From: the human T2T-CHM13v2.0 reference genome, Homo sapiens
Direction: 5' to 3' (one strand)
DNA: 64,000 bases
Assembly: GCF_009914755.1 (NCBI RefSeq)
Contig: NC_060936.1
Both the position numbers and the translations under genes were made by a program. Below, piece by piece: positions 47,071 through 62,400 of this stretch; positions within the stretch are counted from its first letter, which is position 1, and the number at the start of each line of letters is the position of its first letter. The notes under the pieces were generated by a model. That model was not told where the DNA came from. It was given only the letters and a program-made list of their open reading frames with translations, and did no database searches.

Positions 47071-47595
47071 CTGAGGTGGTTGAGAGTATACCATCCTGGT
47101 ACAAGGGTTATTTTCAGCAGAAAGCAATTGAAAATAAAATGTAGACAGAAGAAAAACTCTCTGCCCTCCCACTATCTCCACTAGGAGGGCAGAACAATTC
47201 TTAATTAGAGACAAATCTCGACTCTTATCAGCCCAGAGATGGCACCAGAAGAATCTACATAACAAATCTTTCTAAAGTAACTTTTATTTTCTACAACTGT
47301 CCCCAATATATTCACCTTCCTACAATATGCCACCCCTAGAAGCTCAAAGTCCTTTGCCTTTAGAAGCTCAAAGTCCTTTTCCTTTATTTTGTCACTTCTC
47401 TTATTTATTGTTCTTTTTGTTAAGATGTTATATAAGCCCAAGTTCTAATCACCTCTTTGAGTTACTCACCACTGAATTTTCCCATATATGCATGATATAT
47501 GTGTTAATAAAATTCAGTTTTTCTCTTTTTAATATGTCTTTTGTCAGTATCATTGCCAGAGTTCCAGCGAATGAAGCTAAGATGGTCTGAGAAAA
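47071..47595 (+). mobile_element. ERV1 LTR, MER34-like
   Basis: Recognised motifs (GAAAGCAATTGAAAA, CTCTCTGCCCTCCC, CCAGC.AATGAA.CTAAGATGG); subfamily uncertain. Confidence 0.55.
47470..47576 (-). CDS. OVCH1: Candidate substitute OVCH1 exon in antisense LTR (ASFAGTLAMILTKDILKREKLNFINTYIMHIWENSV)
   Basis: cttag|107 nt, phase 1 to 0|gtgagt; in frame with exon 51503-51642; matches my recollection of the annotated tail. Confidence 0.5.
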
Positions 47596-47659
47596 ACAAA
47601 CAAACAAACAAACAAAAAACAAAAAGCAAAAAACAAAAAACAAACTTCTCTACACCAAC

Positions 47660-48310
47660 TAAAGGAAAAATCTCTATCTCTACTACAACTACTGCTACTC
47701 TCGGTACTTTACCTCTCACACCAGATGTATGGGATTTTTTCCCTCCACAACAATTGGGTATCTTACAATTCAATTCCATTCTGACATTATCTACCTTGGG
47801 TTAGCACGGACTGCACAGGTTAAGAGCTCGGTTTCACAAGACTGCTCTCACTCCCCACTTCAGATGCCAATTGCAAGTCCAGGTTGTCACATGTGCTACT
47901 GACTGCCCAGCAATAAATCAGAGGTTCCCACGATCCCCTCCTCAGGTTTGATAATTTACTAAAACAACTCACAAAATTCAGGGAAACACTTTACTTGTGT
48001 TTACCTATTTATTACAAAGGATATAATTCAGGAACAGTCCAATGAAAGATGTATAGGGCAAGATATGGAGACTGGGCACAGAGCTTCAATGTTCTTTCTG
48101 GGTACACCATCCTCCCAGCACCCTCCGTGTGTTCACCAACCCAACTTTATGAACTCTCCTTTTGGGGTTTTATGAGGGCTTCATTACATAGACATGATCA
48201 ATCACATCATTGGCAATTGCTGATTAAGTCAATTTCCAGTCCCTCTCCCCTACCCAGAGGTTGGGCTATAAGTTCTAAACTTCTGATCACAGGATTTGTT
48301 CCTCTGGATA
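47660..48310 (-). mobile_element. MER21-like LTR
   Basis: CAATTCAATTC...CTGACATTATCTACC...CACAGGTTAAG...CACAAGACTGC...CCACTTCAGATGCCAAT motifs. Confidence 0.65.
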
Positions 48311-49217
48311 GATGGGTAGAAGAGAAATATTTTTTTACCTTTCCTATACCCCAGAGCTTGTAAACCTTATTTAGAGAAATTGAAATAGAGTCATAAAACT
48401 TTTGGGGAGAAGGAAATAGAAAACAGTATGTTTTATGAATTAATTCTAAGTAAAGAACAGATATACAGTTGATTAACATTATAAGTAATAATTGATATTG
48501 CTAATGTACTCTTCCTTCTCTGTCCCCTTCTTTATTTCTTTGTTTTTCCAATCTTTGTGTGCCCTTTCACCCATAGAAGAGGCAATAGGGTGACAGTCTA
48601 AACTCCTCCAAGCAGCACAATTTTAAGAATAGGAATCATAATAGATATTTCTAATCCAAATAAAATGCAAGCTTGGTTTCTTAGTATTGATTAACATGCC
48701 TTCTCTTATTTAATTCTCAAAACAACCTCATGAGGCAGTGCATGGTAACAGGTGTTCTGTAGGGCAAGAAAGATAGAAGTATACATCATTTTCATAGATA
48801 CTGCAGTCTCCCCACAAGAAGCTGTGGTCTTCTTGGTGCTGAATTGGCTTAGGAACCAAGAAAGCTCAGTGCTCATCAACATTCTCCTAAATAGAAACAC
48901 AAATATTCTTAATGCACTTACTTCTAGGATGGTATTGTAAATCTGAAGAATAAAAAAGACAGCAGTTTAGCAATTGGCTTTTTTACCCACTCTGAGAGGA
49001 CCCTACCTGCATGGAGAGTGACACTTGTATCTGGGCCCTTCTTAGGAAGGCAAAGGCCAGCAAAAAGCCATACATCCTCTTTCTCTGGGCTTTTACTTCA
49101 TTACGCATTGGTATCCTTGATTAAGTAAACTGGGAATTCATAGACCATAGTGTGCATGGTGGTGGGGTGTTTCCTCTCACAAATGAGGAAACTGAGTCTT
49201 AGAAAGATTTGAGATAA

Positions 49218-50792
<1,575 letters not shown>

Positions 50793-51502
50793 GAAATTTT
50801 ATGATGGGGAAACTTCTACACAATTGTAATACCAAATTTAATAATCCTTTTCCTCTCTTTATGTTTTTCTCTTTATTTTATTAAGAATAGATCCATATAC
50901 AACTAAGTAATGTCAGCTAAAGTATGAGATAAAATATGTTAAAATGCAAATATTTAGGAAATTCTGCCATCAAAGAGAAAAATAGGTATTTCAGTAGCAT
51001 TTTTCTCATTGACAATTCTAGTATTTATCAACTTGTAAAGATGTTTTTCCCAAATTAAATAAAAACAACGATTTGTGCCAAAAAAAAAGAAAATAATGAG
51101 TTTAAATTAAAGTAACCAGGCTTCTAACTCCTACCAATTGATAAACTCATGTAATGCCTTTTGCTGTGATTATTTTGCCTTATTAATTTTATAGTCTTAA
51201 TTTTCTTGTGTTTTTGTCTAAAACTGCTTCATTCATTCTTTATTTTTAGTATTTCTGAGCAATTTTAATCTAGGTATGATCCATGTAAGAAACGTTGTTG
51301 GACTTTGTTTTTAACTAAACCTGAGGAGATTTTATATCTTAATTTTAAATCTGACACAAGTTTAACAGTAAGTCTATTTCAACATCCTATAAGAAGAGAC
51401 TAGTGTATGTCACATGTAAGCCACATACTGAATATGAAACAATCTAAACATGTTTCATCAGAGAAAAATCAGTAGCATAGAGATTCATGGGAAATCAGTT
51501 AC

Positions 51503-51642
51503 CTATTAATTTTTTTCCTGGTCCAAATCCTTCGTAAACACGCAGATGACCATGACAGACAAAAGTTGTTGGCCTCATCGGGAAGTTAATAATATTAAGC
51601 TGAATGATGTGATTTAAAGGGGCTACTAATCTCCATTGGCAA
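51503..51642 (-). CDS. OVCH1: OVCH1 exon, CUB4 middle (last intact ancestral exon)
   Basis: atag|CQWRLVAPLNHIIQLNIINFPMRPTTFVCHGHLRVYEGFGPGKKLI|gtaac; 140 nt, phase 2 to 1. Confidence 0.93.
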
Positions 51643-52286
51643 CTATGGCATAGATGAAACAAAGTCAGAAATTATTTCTAAACAGAATATATTGTTAGTT
51701 ATTTTGCTCAGAAATTAATGCATCAATGTTATTGACCCCCAGTGAGCCTTATTTTTTGTGTCTGTTTCCTTATGGTTGTGAGAGAGAAAGATTTGTACTT
51801 TAAATTATATCAACTTTATTATCTAATACGTAATTTGCCAAAATTTATAAAGTTCATACATTATGAATGGCTGACCAATTGTGTGTATTGTTTTAAATTC
51901 TGATTGAAAATTTATAAGATCTGAAGGACCTATATGTGCCAGAATTTGCCCCAAACTCCCACACATCATTTATTAAGTATCTACTATGTACCCAAATATT
52001 TTACATACATTATATCAGCCTCCAACATTCTTTGTAAAGATTTGACTTTTCACTTTGCTAATACATGGTCTATTTTGTTGAGAAAGTACAATTGATAAAC
52101 AAGGACATTCTTATATTGTTTTGTTTTGTTTCCATATTAAAAGCCATAGATTAGGGGTTACCTAAGAGTCTATTCTTTTTGGAAAAAAGGTGAAGAATAA
52201 TGTTTTAAGCAAGTACCAAGTGTTGATGTCAGTCAAGCAATTTTTTCCACACACTTCTTCCATTATAATAATCATGACTTCCTTAC

Positions 52287-52422
52287 CCCATAGTAGTTCT
52301 GTGAGAATTTCTTGGGATCTGCATGATCCCTTCTGGCTTGGTCAGAAGAACATCCTCACAAGGGACCAAGTGCTCTCTGTTTGAACTTTGGGAAAGTCTG
52401 GTTATTTTACTGTCCTTTGGAC
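52287..52422 (-). CDS. OVCH1: OVCH1 exon, linker and CUB4 start
   Basis: ttag|GPKDSKITRLSQSSNREHLVPCEDVLLTKPEGIMQIPRNSHRTTM|gtaag; 136 nt, phase 1 to 2. Confidence 0.92.
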
Positions 52423-53419
52423 CTAAAAGAACAGGAAGCAGAGAAAATGAGAATAAAACCAATTTTTAACAGGCTTCCTATATGCCTTTTCAGATCAAGG
52501 TAAACAGCTCTCTTCCCTAATTGTCCTGGGAAAACAAGTAATTATTAGGAGGTGGTTGGTTTCACTGAAAATTTTCTCCGTCTTAAATATTCAAAAGGTA
52601 TAGGAAACAAACACATCTCTCAGATGATCTCTGACATAGCCTAGGGTCTATGGAAGATTATAGGACACAGCTATAGATAATACCTGTTAACTGCCTAATT
52701 CCATCTGAAAGCAGTATTCTTAATATATTCTTCCAAGAGAAAACTTTCATATGATATAAATGCTTTATTACTTAATTAACTTTTTCCAAATATACAGTAT
52801 ACACAGGTCTAGAAAAACATATTCTCAGCAATGCTTTTAGGTGCCAAGGGGGGAAACTAGCTTTCAGTTGTCTACATCAAGAATAAAAAAAAATCTCACT
52901 AATTACATATTCTAAAGTTCAATCTGACAACTCTGAATTACATTGTTTACATTTATAATACTAGAATCTAATATTTGTGTAGTTTGTTTTCAAAACTTAC
53001 TCTAATCTTTTATTACATCACTAAAAGAAAATTCTAATCAGAGATAATAAATTGTCCAGAGCTAATCAGCCAGCTAAGATTTAGAACCCAAATCTTCTGA
53101 GCCACAAGAATTTACAGCTACAGAAAACATTCTTTGTGGTATAAAATTGCAACCACAGAAAAAAGTTATCTTGCAATGAACATATCTTAGCCATTTTCAG
53201 AAATCATATACAATTCAATCAAGTTATCCATTGAGCAGTTTCCCTTTTGGACCTGATCAAATCTTAGGTGACTTAAGTAGATTTTCCTTTCAAACATATA
53301 CTCATTTCCCCACAGAAACATAATTTCTTTCAAAATGTTGTATATGTTTGGAAATATTCCTAAATAGAGTAATATTGATTTCTTTAGCCTTTACAAGTTT
53401 ATAAAATAACCAAACATAC

Positions 53420-53545
53420 CTAGGACTTTCAAGACAATATAGCTTATACCAAATGCACCTCGTACAAGGGCATGGAATGTCACCCTCACCAGCGGTCCAG
53501 GACTCATGAAAGTCATTGAGTAAAGTCTTCTTCCATGTAATCCAC
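53420..53545 (-). CDS. OVCH1: OVCH1 exon, CUB3 C-terminal half
   Basis: ctag|GGLHGRRLYSMTFMSPGPLVRVTFHALVRGAFGISYIVLKVL|gtatg; 126 nt, phase 1-1. Confidence 0.92.
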
Positions 53546-55324
53546 CTAGGTTAAAAAGTGAACTCTAGTAAAAAATAAGAATGAAAATTTGACAGCAGTT
53601 TCTGTATTTTAGGCCGAGCAATTAATTTAACCCACGAGGTAGGAATTGATTCCATTCTGTAAAATGATGAAACAGGACTCCAGAACATAAGTGACTCACT
53701 CAATGCCACAAACTAGCCGGGTGGGAAGCTAGGATCTTCAACTTGGGTCCATGTATCCAATATCCATCATTATCTACTATGTTGCAGTGCTTCCTGAAGG
53801 ACAGTAGGTAGCAAATTATTTTATCTTTAAAATGACTGATGTGACCTTTTTCTCCTAGAAAAGTAACCTACTTATTAAAAATACCTCACCATGAAGATCT
53901 ATGATGGAAAACATTTCCTACCTGAAAATTTATTATTTCCCTATAGTCAGTTTTTTATTGATTGCTTTGAGAACCTAAGTCAAAGATAGAAGGGAAAATT
54001 ATAATCATAATTCTAAAATGATTCAGAGGGCTGATTAAGCATGTGTGGAAAGAACCTGTGAGTTTCTTAGGATCAAACTCTTCTAAACTAAGAATAATTC
54101 AGTATCATTTTTTAACATTTATTTAAATGTCACCTGCTCAGAGAGATACCTGCTGATTGTACTACATACAACTATGTGGCACTGACATCCCAGATACTTC
54201 TTTTCTCCTTTCCCATTTCATTTTTTCTTCCTTAGTTCTTCCATTTAAGATAGCATATATTTTATCTTATTATGTGTTTTCTCCCTGCTAGAATATAAGC
54301 TTGGTAAGGGCAGAAAATTTTATTTTTTTCACTACTGAATCCTCAGAACCAAGATGACTCAGTCCGTGGTCCATAGTAGGTTCTTCACAAATACTTGTAG
54401 GGATGAAAGGAAGGAGGAGATTAGAGCCAAGAAAGAGAAAAGAAGAAAAAGCATTCGTTGGCATTTTAAAGTATACAATGGTGAAATACTATTTGAAGAA
54501 TGACCTAATATTTATTTGTAGCAAATAGAAGTGAATGTAACTTTTAAATGAATTGCTACCTTTAACAGGAAGAAATATAGCATTTTATAGTAAAGAATGC
54601 TATACAACTTAAGTAAAGAATAATATTTCTATTACAGTCTTGCTCTTATCCTAGATATAATCTGAAGGGACAGAACAATTCCACAAAGTTCAAGCTGACA
54701 ATTTCAAAAATTAAAGAAATGCTAGGTTGGAAAATTATAGGGATTCCTCAGGTAATCTACAATGAAGTTAAGCATGGTTTTCAATAGGTAATAATGATAA
54801 AGGCAAGTTTCCCCAGAAAATGTGTCTCTCTGTATAATAATATAGTATATTATTGAAATAGTGCTATCAATTGGGAAGAAAAAGACTTTTTTCTTTTAAA
54901 GGAAGCAGGTATAGAGTCACTTTGCCATATGAGAAAATATATTTCAGCATGATTTTTAAAGTTTTTTTTTATTAAAGATTCTGACCTCAGAATGCGGAAT
55001 AAATTTTTAAGCATGAAAGCAATGAATTAAAAATCAAAGATCAAAGACATGTACGGATACATTTAAACAACTAAATTAAAAAATTTTTACATTAACATAA
55101 TAAACAACACAAAAGCAAATGACAATACTAAGAATAAGCATTAGGAATAAATGACAAAGGAAAGCATTAAGAATAAACTTATAACAACATTAAGAATAAG
55201 CATTAAGAATAAACATGACAAAGGAAAATATCTTTGTATATAAAGCTCATAAAGCAATAAAAAGAATAATACTCAAATTTAAAAACTGGACAAAAGATAA
55301 TGGCAATTAGTTTTAAAAAAACAA

Positions 55325-55450
55325 GCTGGGTACAGTAGCACATGCCAGGAATTTGGGAGGCTGAACTAGGAGGATCTTTTGAGCCCAGGAGTTTGAGACC
55401 AGCCTGGGCAAAATAGGGAGACACAGTCTTAAAACAAACAAACAAAAAAA
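55325..55450 (+). mobile_element. Alu left monomer (FLAM-like)
   Basis: Single diverged Alu arm with A-rich tail. Confidence 0.75.
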
Positions 55451-55728
55451 TAAAAGCAAAAAAGAAATTATCTCCATTAATGATTATTTTTAAAGGAAAA
55501 TTGCCTATTAAATTGACATATTAGGTTCTGGGCATGGTGAAAGAAGATCCTAGGCACTGCTAATGGCAGTGAAAATTAAGTTAGCCTTTCTGAAGAGTAA
55601 TTTAACTTCATGCAAAAAACAAACTCAGCAAAAATTCATGAAAAAGAAAACGGTCCGAGTCCCTAGGTGTTGACCTCATTTGGAAGTATACAGAAGGGAA
55701 CAGAGAGAAAGGTCTCTGCTCTCATGAA

Positions 55729-55955
55729 GCTTTCATTTTAGTCAGGTAAATGAAGATGGTTTCATAGAGAGGTCAAAGTTACTGATGAAATGAAAGCCAA
55801 TGTAACAGACAATGACTGTGGGAAGGAATGGATGATGCTGCTTTCATTTTAGTCAGGTAAATGAAGATGGTTTCATAGAGAGATCAAAGCTACTAATGAA
55901 ATGAAAGCCAATGTAATAGACAATGACTGTGGGAAGGAATGGATGATGCTGCTTT
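55729..55955 (+). repeat. 111-bp tandem duplication
   Basis: Copies start at 55729 and 55840, 4 mismatches, GCTTT at all three junctions. Confidence 0.93.
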
Positions 55956-56167
55956 AGACTGAGAGGCCCTCTTTCAGGAGGTGACTATTCTCTTGTTCAT
56001 TTATTTGTGAAGTGCCTTCTATGTGTTGGGCACTGTTCTAGGCACTGAGGCTTCTTGATACAAACAGGCAAAAATTCCAGCTCTCATGAAACTCATACTC
56101 AATAGGGAAGCCACAGATAAGCCATAATCATGAAAAAATCATAATGTGTTAGATTCTAATCTTTTAA

Positions 56168-56481
56168 CCCTGGACTTCAAACTTTTTGGCACCTGGCTTC
56201 GTGGGAGACAATTTTTCCACAAACAGTGGGAGGGATGGTTTTGGGATGAAAACTGTTCCATCTCAGATCATCAGGCACTAGATTATCATAAGGAGCAGGC
56301 ATCCTAGATCCTTGGCATGTGCAATTCACATTCCTATGAGAATCTAATGCTGCCACTGATCTAACAAGAGGCAGAGCTCAGGTGGTAATGCTTGCCAGTT
56401 GTTCACCTCCTGCTGTGTGGCCTAGTTCCTAACAGGCCATGAGTTGGTAGTGGTCTGCGGCCCGGGGGTTGGGGACCCATG
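56168..56481. mobile_element. MER1B hAT DNA transposon
   Basis: AACTTTTTGGCACC...CTCAGATCATCAGGCA.TAGATT.TCATAAGGAGC...GGCCCGGGGGTTGGGGACCC. Confidence 0.85.
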
Positions 56482-57416
56482 TGTTAGAAGATAATAAGTG
56501 CTCTAAGAAAAGGGAACTGAGAAGTCTGGAGGCAGGGGCGTGATACAACTTACATCAGTCAAGGTTGGTCTCATTAAGAAGGTGACATTCCATCAAGAAT
56601 TGAAGGACATGAGGCACAAGGATGAGAAGGAGCTCTTCAAAGTGCTGGGAATAGACAATGGCCCCGAGGTAAGAATGAGAGGTATTGGGAACCCATGAGC
56701 TGATGGAGAGGCAGTCTTCCAGGGAGTGTGAATTTTATTCTAGCTGCAAGAAGCCCTGGAGCAGTTGTAATCAAAGGGGATGGAGGAGGTGATCTGATTC
56801 TAGGGGGAAAATGTGCCAAGCAGTTAGGCTAATTAATTGTGTCACTGTAGTCTAAATTAGGTTGTAATCATAAAGAAAGATTCTTTAAGCAAACATTTTT
56901 GCTTTCTAACCCAGTGATTTAATCTCTCAGAGTTTATCCTAAGAAAACAACCCCACCCTCAGAGCAGTTTCTCTGACCTCTATGCACTTCAGAATCAAGC
57001 ATAAATATATACCACACACATGGACAATGACATACACAAATTTATTTTCTTTCCAGATTTCCCCATTAACCAAATTATTTCAATCACCTCCCACATCCCT
57101 CCTTACTGCAAGCCAAAAAGCTTTCATTACACCTGTGCAAACAGGAGGAAGCAAGTTTGTTCTGTTGAACAAAAAGAGGTTTCTCTGTACATGAAATTAA
57201 AAATGAGGGCTGGCGTGTTTTCACCAAATCTTTTCAATCCTGCCACTTTAAAAGCCTTTAATGTATTTTGCTTTATTTTTTCATTCACCTTCCTCCCCTG
57301 CTCTATTTTTAACCATCTTCTGACTTGCTCTTTTACAATATATATTCTTCCAGCATTCTGGCATGGTTCCACTATGTTTGAAGAAGTTGAGCCCTCTTGC
57401 CTTTTTTCCCCCCTCC

Positions 57417-57418
<2 letters not shown>

Positions 57419-57460
<42 letters not shown>
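57419..57460. repeat. (AC)21 microsatellite
   Basis: Direct reading. Confidence 0.95.
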
Positions 57461-57462
<2 letters not shown>

Positions 57463-57512
57463 AACCTTAAGTATATTCGCTTTCTCAATTCAAAGTACTT
57501 GAAAATGTTAAG

Positions 57513-59329
57513 GATTTTTTTTTTCTAATTCTGTGAAGAAAGCCGATGGTAGCTTGATGGGGATAGCATTGAATCTATAAATTACTTTGGGCAGTATGGC
57601 CATTTTCACAATATTGTTGCTTTCTATCCATGACCATGGAATGTTTTTCCACTTGTTTGTGTCCTCTCTCATTTCCTTGAGCAGTGGTTTGTAGTTCTCC
57701 TTGAAGAGGTCCTTCACATCCCTTGTAACTTGTATTCCTAGGTATTTTATTATCTTTATAGCAATTGTGAATGGGAGTTCACTCATGATTTGGCTGTTAT
57801 ATTGGTGTATAGAAATGCTTTTGAAAAATAAGCCTGTATAGCCAAGACAATCCTAAGCAAAAGGAACAAAGCTGGAGGCATCACACTACCTGATTTCAAA
57901 CTATACTGCAAGGCTACAGTAACCAAAACAGCATGGTACTGGCACCAAAACAGATATATAGACCAATGGAAGAGAACAGAGGCCTCAGAAATAATGCCAC
58001 ACATCTACAACCATCTGATCTTTGACAAACCTGACAAAAACAAGCAATGAGGAAAGGATTCCCTATTTAATAAATGGTGCTGGGAAAACTGGCTAGCCAT
58101 ATGCAGAAAACTGAAACTGGACCCCTTCCTCCTTACATCTTATACAAAAATTAACGCAAGATGGATTAAAGACTTAAACGTAAGACCTAAAACCCTAAAA
58201 ACCCTAGAAGAAAACGTAGGCAATACCATTCAGTACATAGGCATGGGCAAAGACTTCATGACTGAAACACCAAAAGCAATGGCAACAAAAGTCAAAATTG
58301 ACAAATAGGATCTAATTAAACTAAAGAGCTTCCGTACAGCAAAAGAAACTCATCAGAGTGAACAGGCAACCTACAGAATGGGAGAAAATTTTTGCAATCT
58401 ACCCATCTGACAAAGGGCTAATATCCAGAATCTACAAGGAACTTAAACAAATTCACAAGAAAAAAATAAATAATCCCATCAAAAAGTGGGCAAAGGATAT
58501 GAACAGACATTTCTCAAAAGAAGACATTTATGTGGCCAACAAACATTTGAAAAAAAGCTCAACATCGCTAGTCATTAGAGAAATGCAAATTAAAACCACA
58601 ATAAGATACCATCTCACTCCAGTTAGAATGGCGATTATTAAAAAGTCAGGAAACAACAGATGCTGGAGAGGATGTGGAAAAATAGAAATGCTTTTACACT
58701 GTTGGTAGGAGTGTAAATTCGTTCAACCATTGTAGAATACAGTGTCGCGATTCCTCAAGGATCTAGAACCAGAAATACCTTTTGACCCAGCGATCCCATT
58801 CCTGGGTATATACCCAAAGGATTATAAATCATTCTGCTATAAAGACACATGCACATGTATGTTTATTGCAGCACTCTTCACAATAGCAAACACTTGGAAT
58901 CAACCCAAATGCCCATCAATGATAGACTGGTTAAAGAAAATGTGGCACATATACACCATGTTATACTATACAGCCATAAAAAAGGATAAGTTTATGTCCT
59001 TTACAGGGACATGGATGAAGCCGGAAACCATAATTCTCAGCAAGCTAACACAAGAACAGAAAACCAAACACCGCATGTTCTCACTCATAAGTGGGAGTTG
59101 AACAACGAGAACACATGGACACAGGGAGGGGAACATCACACACTGGGGCCTGTTGGGGGGTGGGGGGCTAGGGGAGGGATAGCACTAGGAGAAGTAACTA
59201 ATGTAGATGACAGGCTTATAGTTGCAGCAAACCACCACGGCACGTGTATACCTTTGTAACAAACCTGCATGTTCTGCACATGTAACCCAGAACTTAAAGT
59301 ATAATCATAATAATAATAATAATAATAAA
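57513..59329 (+). mobile_element. 5'-inverted (twin-primed) L1PA, older subfamily
   Basis: 57513-57820 is minus-strand ORF2; ~57821-59329 is plus-strand ORF2 end + 3' UTR + (AAT)n tail; TSD GAAAATGTTAAG at 57501-57512 and 59330-59341. Confidence 0.95.
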
Positions 59330-59484
59330 GAAAATGTTAAGTGTGTTTACAAGGGAAAAAGCATTCCTATTACATGGATCAACATTTTGGTAACATTATT
59401 ACCAAGTCAGACTCATTCCTGATCATAAGCTGCCTACATGGACCAAGACTCCTAGCACGAAGTTTATATGCCAGGAAGGATTAC

Positions 59485-59709
59485 CTGCCGTCTTTCTCTT
59501 ACTGTGTCTTTCTTCATAAATAATTAGAACTGAGTCTTGACACACAGGAGACCCCAGGAGTGACAGATACTCAATGGTAAATTTTGCCATACTGCTTGGT
59601 GAAACTCTGAGCACCCAAGAACATTCCAGTCTTCCTCTATAATCCAGTAGATACCGTGGTGTGGGAAAAAAGCCTCTAGGCTTTTCTAGCTCTGCTTCAG
59701 AGCAACAAC
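59485..59709 (-). CDS. OVCH1: OVCH1 exon, CUB3 N-terminal half
   Basis: gcag|GCCSEAELEKPRGFFPTPRYLLDYRGRLECSWVLRVSPSSMAKFTIEYLSLLGSPVCQDSVLIIYEERHSKRKTA|gtaat; 225 nt, phase 1-1. Confidence 0.95.
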
Positions 59710-61379
59710 CTGCAATTCAGAACACACAGACACCAGGGACCAACATAAATAAAGCAAAGAAAAACCAGATTCTATCACAAGACTGAAAAATCTAGGCTTG
59801 CAAGGAGAAAATTAAGACTTTGTTACTGTCAGTTACAAATTATTCTGTTAGAAAACCATTCTATTTAATGTGTCTTATTTTCTTGAAATGATATTATAGA
59901 GGTAGAATTTAAATCACAATTATTTTGAATCAGTTTTAAATGAATTTTTAAAGTTTCTTAGAAAATAGACAGTAGGTTGCATTCTCTATACCCAGCAGAT
60001 TTTCATTTTCTTCCTCCTTTGAGATGCAGCTGAAGACCTGTTCCTCAAAGCTTCACTAAATTAGCTGAACTTGCTGGGACAAATGATTACATTCATTTGA
60101 GCTTGTGACTGAGGTCATGAAAAAGATAACTTGCTGGATATACTGAGATGTCTCACTTCTTCAGCTTGCTAAGTCCAAGGGCACCTTTGGACCTTTGGGA
60201 TACCTCCTGCAGTTTGGGTGCCAGTTTTTCCATGGCCCGCTGACTCAGCAATCAGCTTCTCTTATGTCCTCATCAGGGCTTCGTCCTTAACTCTCTCTTC
60301 TTCCTTTATGTCTATTCCTTTGACAAAAACTTTCTGAGCAATTAAAAAATGAAATATTCTATATTCATATTTTAATGTATGTGTTAGTGAATACATAATT
60401 ATGCATGCTCTGCCCTAGAGAAATTAATACTGTACCTGAGGAGGAGGTACGTAAACATGCTTTTATTCACAGTAGAGGTGAAAAGTAGAATAAGGGAAAT
60501 GAAGTGCTACAAAAACTTAGGATTCTATTCTATTGTTTGGTTCTCTGTCATTTCTTTGTTAGTCCTCTTTTTTTATCTGTACAGCTACAAGAACCTAATC
60601 AGATATTTAACATTTTGATTTAATAGTAAACTAAATGATTTTTCAGTCTATAATCTTCCCTCGCCTTGCCCTACCATCTGGGAATGGTGTATAAAACAAA
60701 AAAAATCAAATTGCTTTCCTGCTGAAAGCAACTGAAGTAGTTCAGCTTGCAAGATCTTTCAGAGTCTGGCCTCAGCCTGTCTTTCTAATCTTTTTAGTTT
60801 TTCTCCCTCTCTATATGAATCCTCTGTGAAAAATCTGACCAGAAATCACATACAGCCATGAATTACCAACAAGTCAAGACTTTTTATAAATGGGAGTAAC
60901 AATTGAAAGAAACCATTGCTAAGATTCATTAATTCCCTAGTGTAAAAAGTTAGTAGCGGGAGTGGGTGGGTGTTAAATATGGCATGGTCCTAACATTTTG
61001 TCTCCGAAAATAATCATAGAATAAAAACAAAGCAACACCTTTCCGTATATAAAACTTTCAAAGTTTTTGGCGTGCATAACCATTTCTGAACATATTTAAA
61101 AGAGAAACATTTTCTTTACATTTTAACAATGTTCATTTTCTAATGGTCTGAATAAGGTCATTCAAAAAATACATTAGATGGCACTGTCACCACCATTTAT
61201 GGACCCTTATCTCAGGTCAGACCCTTCCTGTTATAAATGCCTTACATGGATTAACCTATTTAGGCACTCACTGAATTCATTCATTTAACTCAGTCCATTG
61301 AAATCAATAGTTTATAGGATCTTGGACCCAAGTCTGCTCTCTGTCTCAATCCCAAGTCCAGATTTACTTTTAACCTAAC

Positions 61380-62400
61380 TCTATGTATCCCCAGCTTTGA
61401 CTCTTTGACTCATGTTGCCAGACAAATGGTCCTGGGTCCACTCCTTATTCCTGGAAGATTTTAGCGGTCATTTTCTCCAACACTTTTCCTGTCATAATTC
61501 TTTCTGAATTCAATCACTATATACATGATGATTCCAGCACTGAAGTTTCCCAGCTCCTCAATTTTCCTCCAGTGATCTTGTATTCCACCTGACCTCAGCC
61601 ACTTATCCTTATGGTCAGCCCCTAGACACTTGATCAGTAGCAATAACTCCAAGCCTTCTGTAATCTCGGTTTCAGGAACCATTTTCTCCAACCACAACCT
61701 TCCATCTTTTCAGCCTCCCTTAATACTCCTTCCACCTTTTGGGACTCATAATTTATCTATCCTACCTTATTTTTGTCCCAAACAAATCTCTCATCCTTAT
61801 TTCACTCCTTACCCATCCTAAATTCCAATGATCCATCATTTTAACCACTTTTTCACATACACTCTGAATTCCCTTATACCCTTCACATACTTGGGGATAC
61901 TCCACTTTGATTAAGTCTACCCTCTACCTACTCTGCATCTACCTCAGTGCATCCAGAGGAAAACATACAACTAAGCTAACTGGGGGCATTTTGCTCTCTC
62001 AATTTATGATCATTCATCTCAGGGGGCCTTTATGCTACCCAGCAATCCTACTATATCTTTCTAGTTCACTATGTCATTTTCTCGAGAAATATGTCATCCT
62101 TTTTTCTCTTAAAAATCAAACTTTCTTGAACAACCGCTTCTTTTTGTTCATCTGCTAAGAAAAAGAAGCCATCAGAAGAGAAATTCCACAGGCTCCGATC
62201 TCCATCTATTCCCAAACACCTCATACCTGCACCGGTGCCTCAAGATCCTGCCTTCCATCAGTTAACTATAGATGATATGTACTTTGCTCCTAAGACCATC
62301 CCCTCCTTTTGGGTACTAGATCTCATCTTCTTTCTTCTACTCAAAGTCATCACTCTTGCAATTCTACCTTCTATATCTTACATTTTCTTTAAACTCTTAC
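61380..62400 (+). mobile_element. L2 ORF2-region fragments
   Basis: Pyrimidine-rich degenerate L2 sequence (CTCCAGTGATCTTG..TTCCACC..ACCTCAGCCAC...CCCTAGAC.CTTG). Confidence 0.55.

Noticed and set aside
48706-48900. Minus-strand ORF with a good acceptor (tttag| at 48886), candidate next OVCH1 exon
   Set aside because: In the required phase 1 it reads GEC* immediately. The longer frame has no CUB motif and its 3' part is MIR-like (CCTCATGAGGTTGTTTTGAGAATTAAATAAG). It could only be a cryptic terminal exon.
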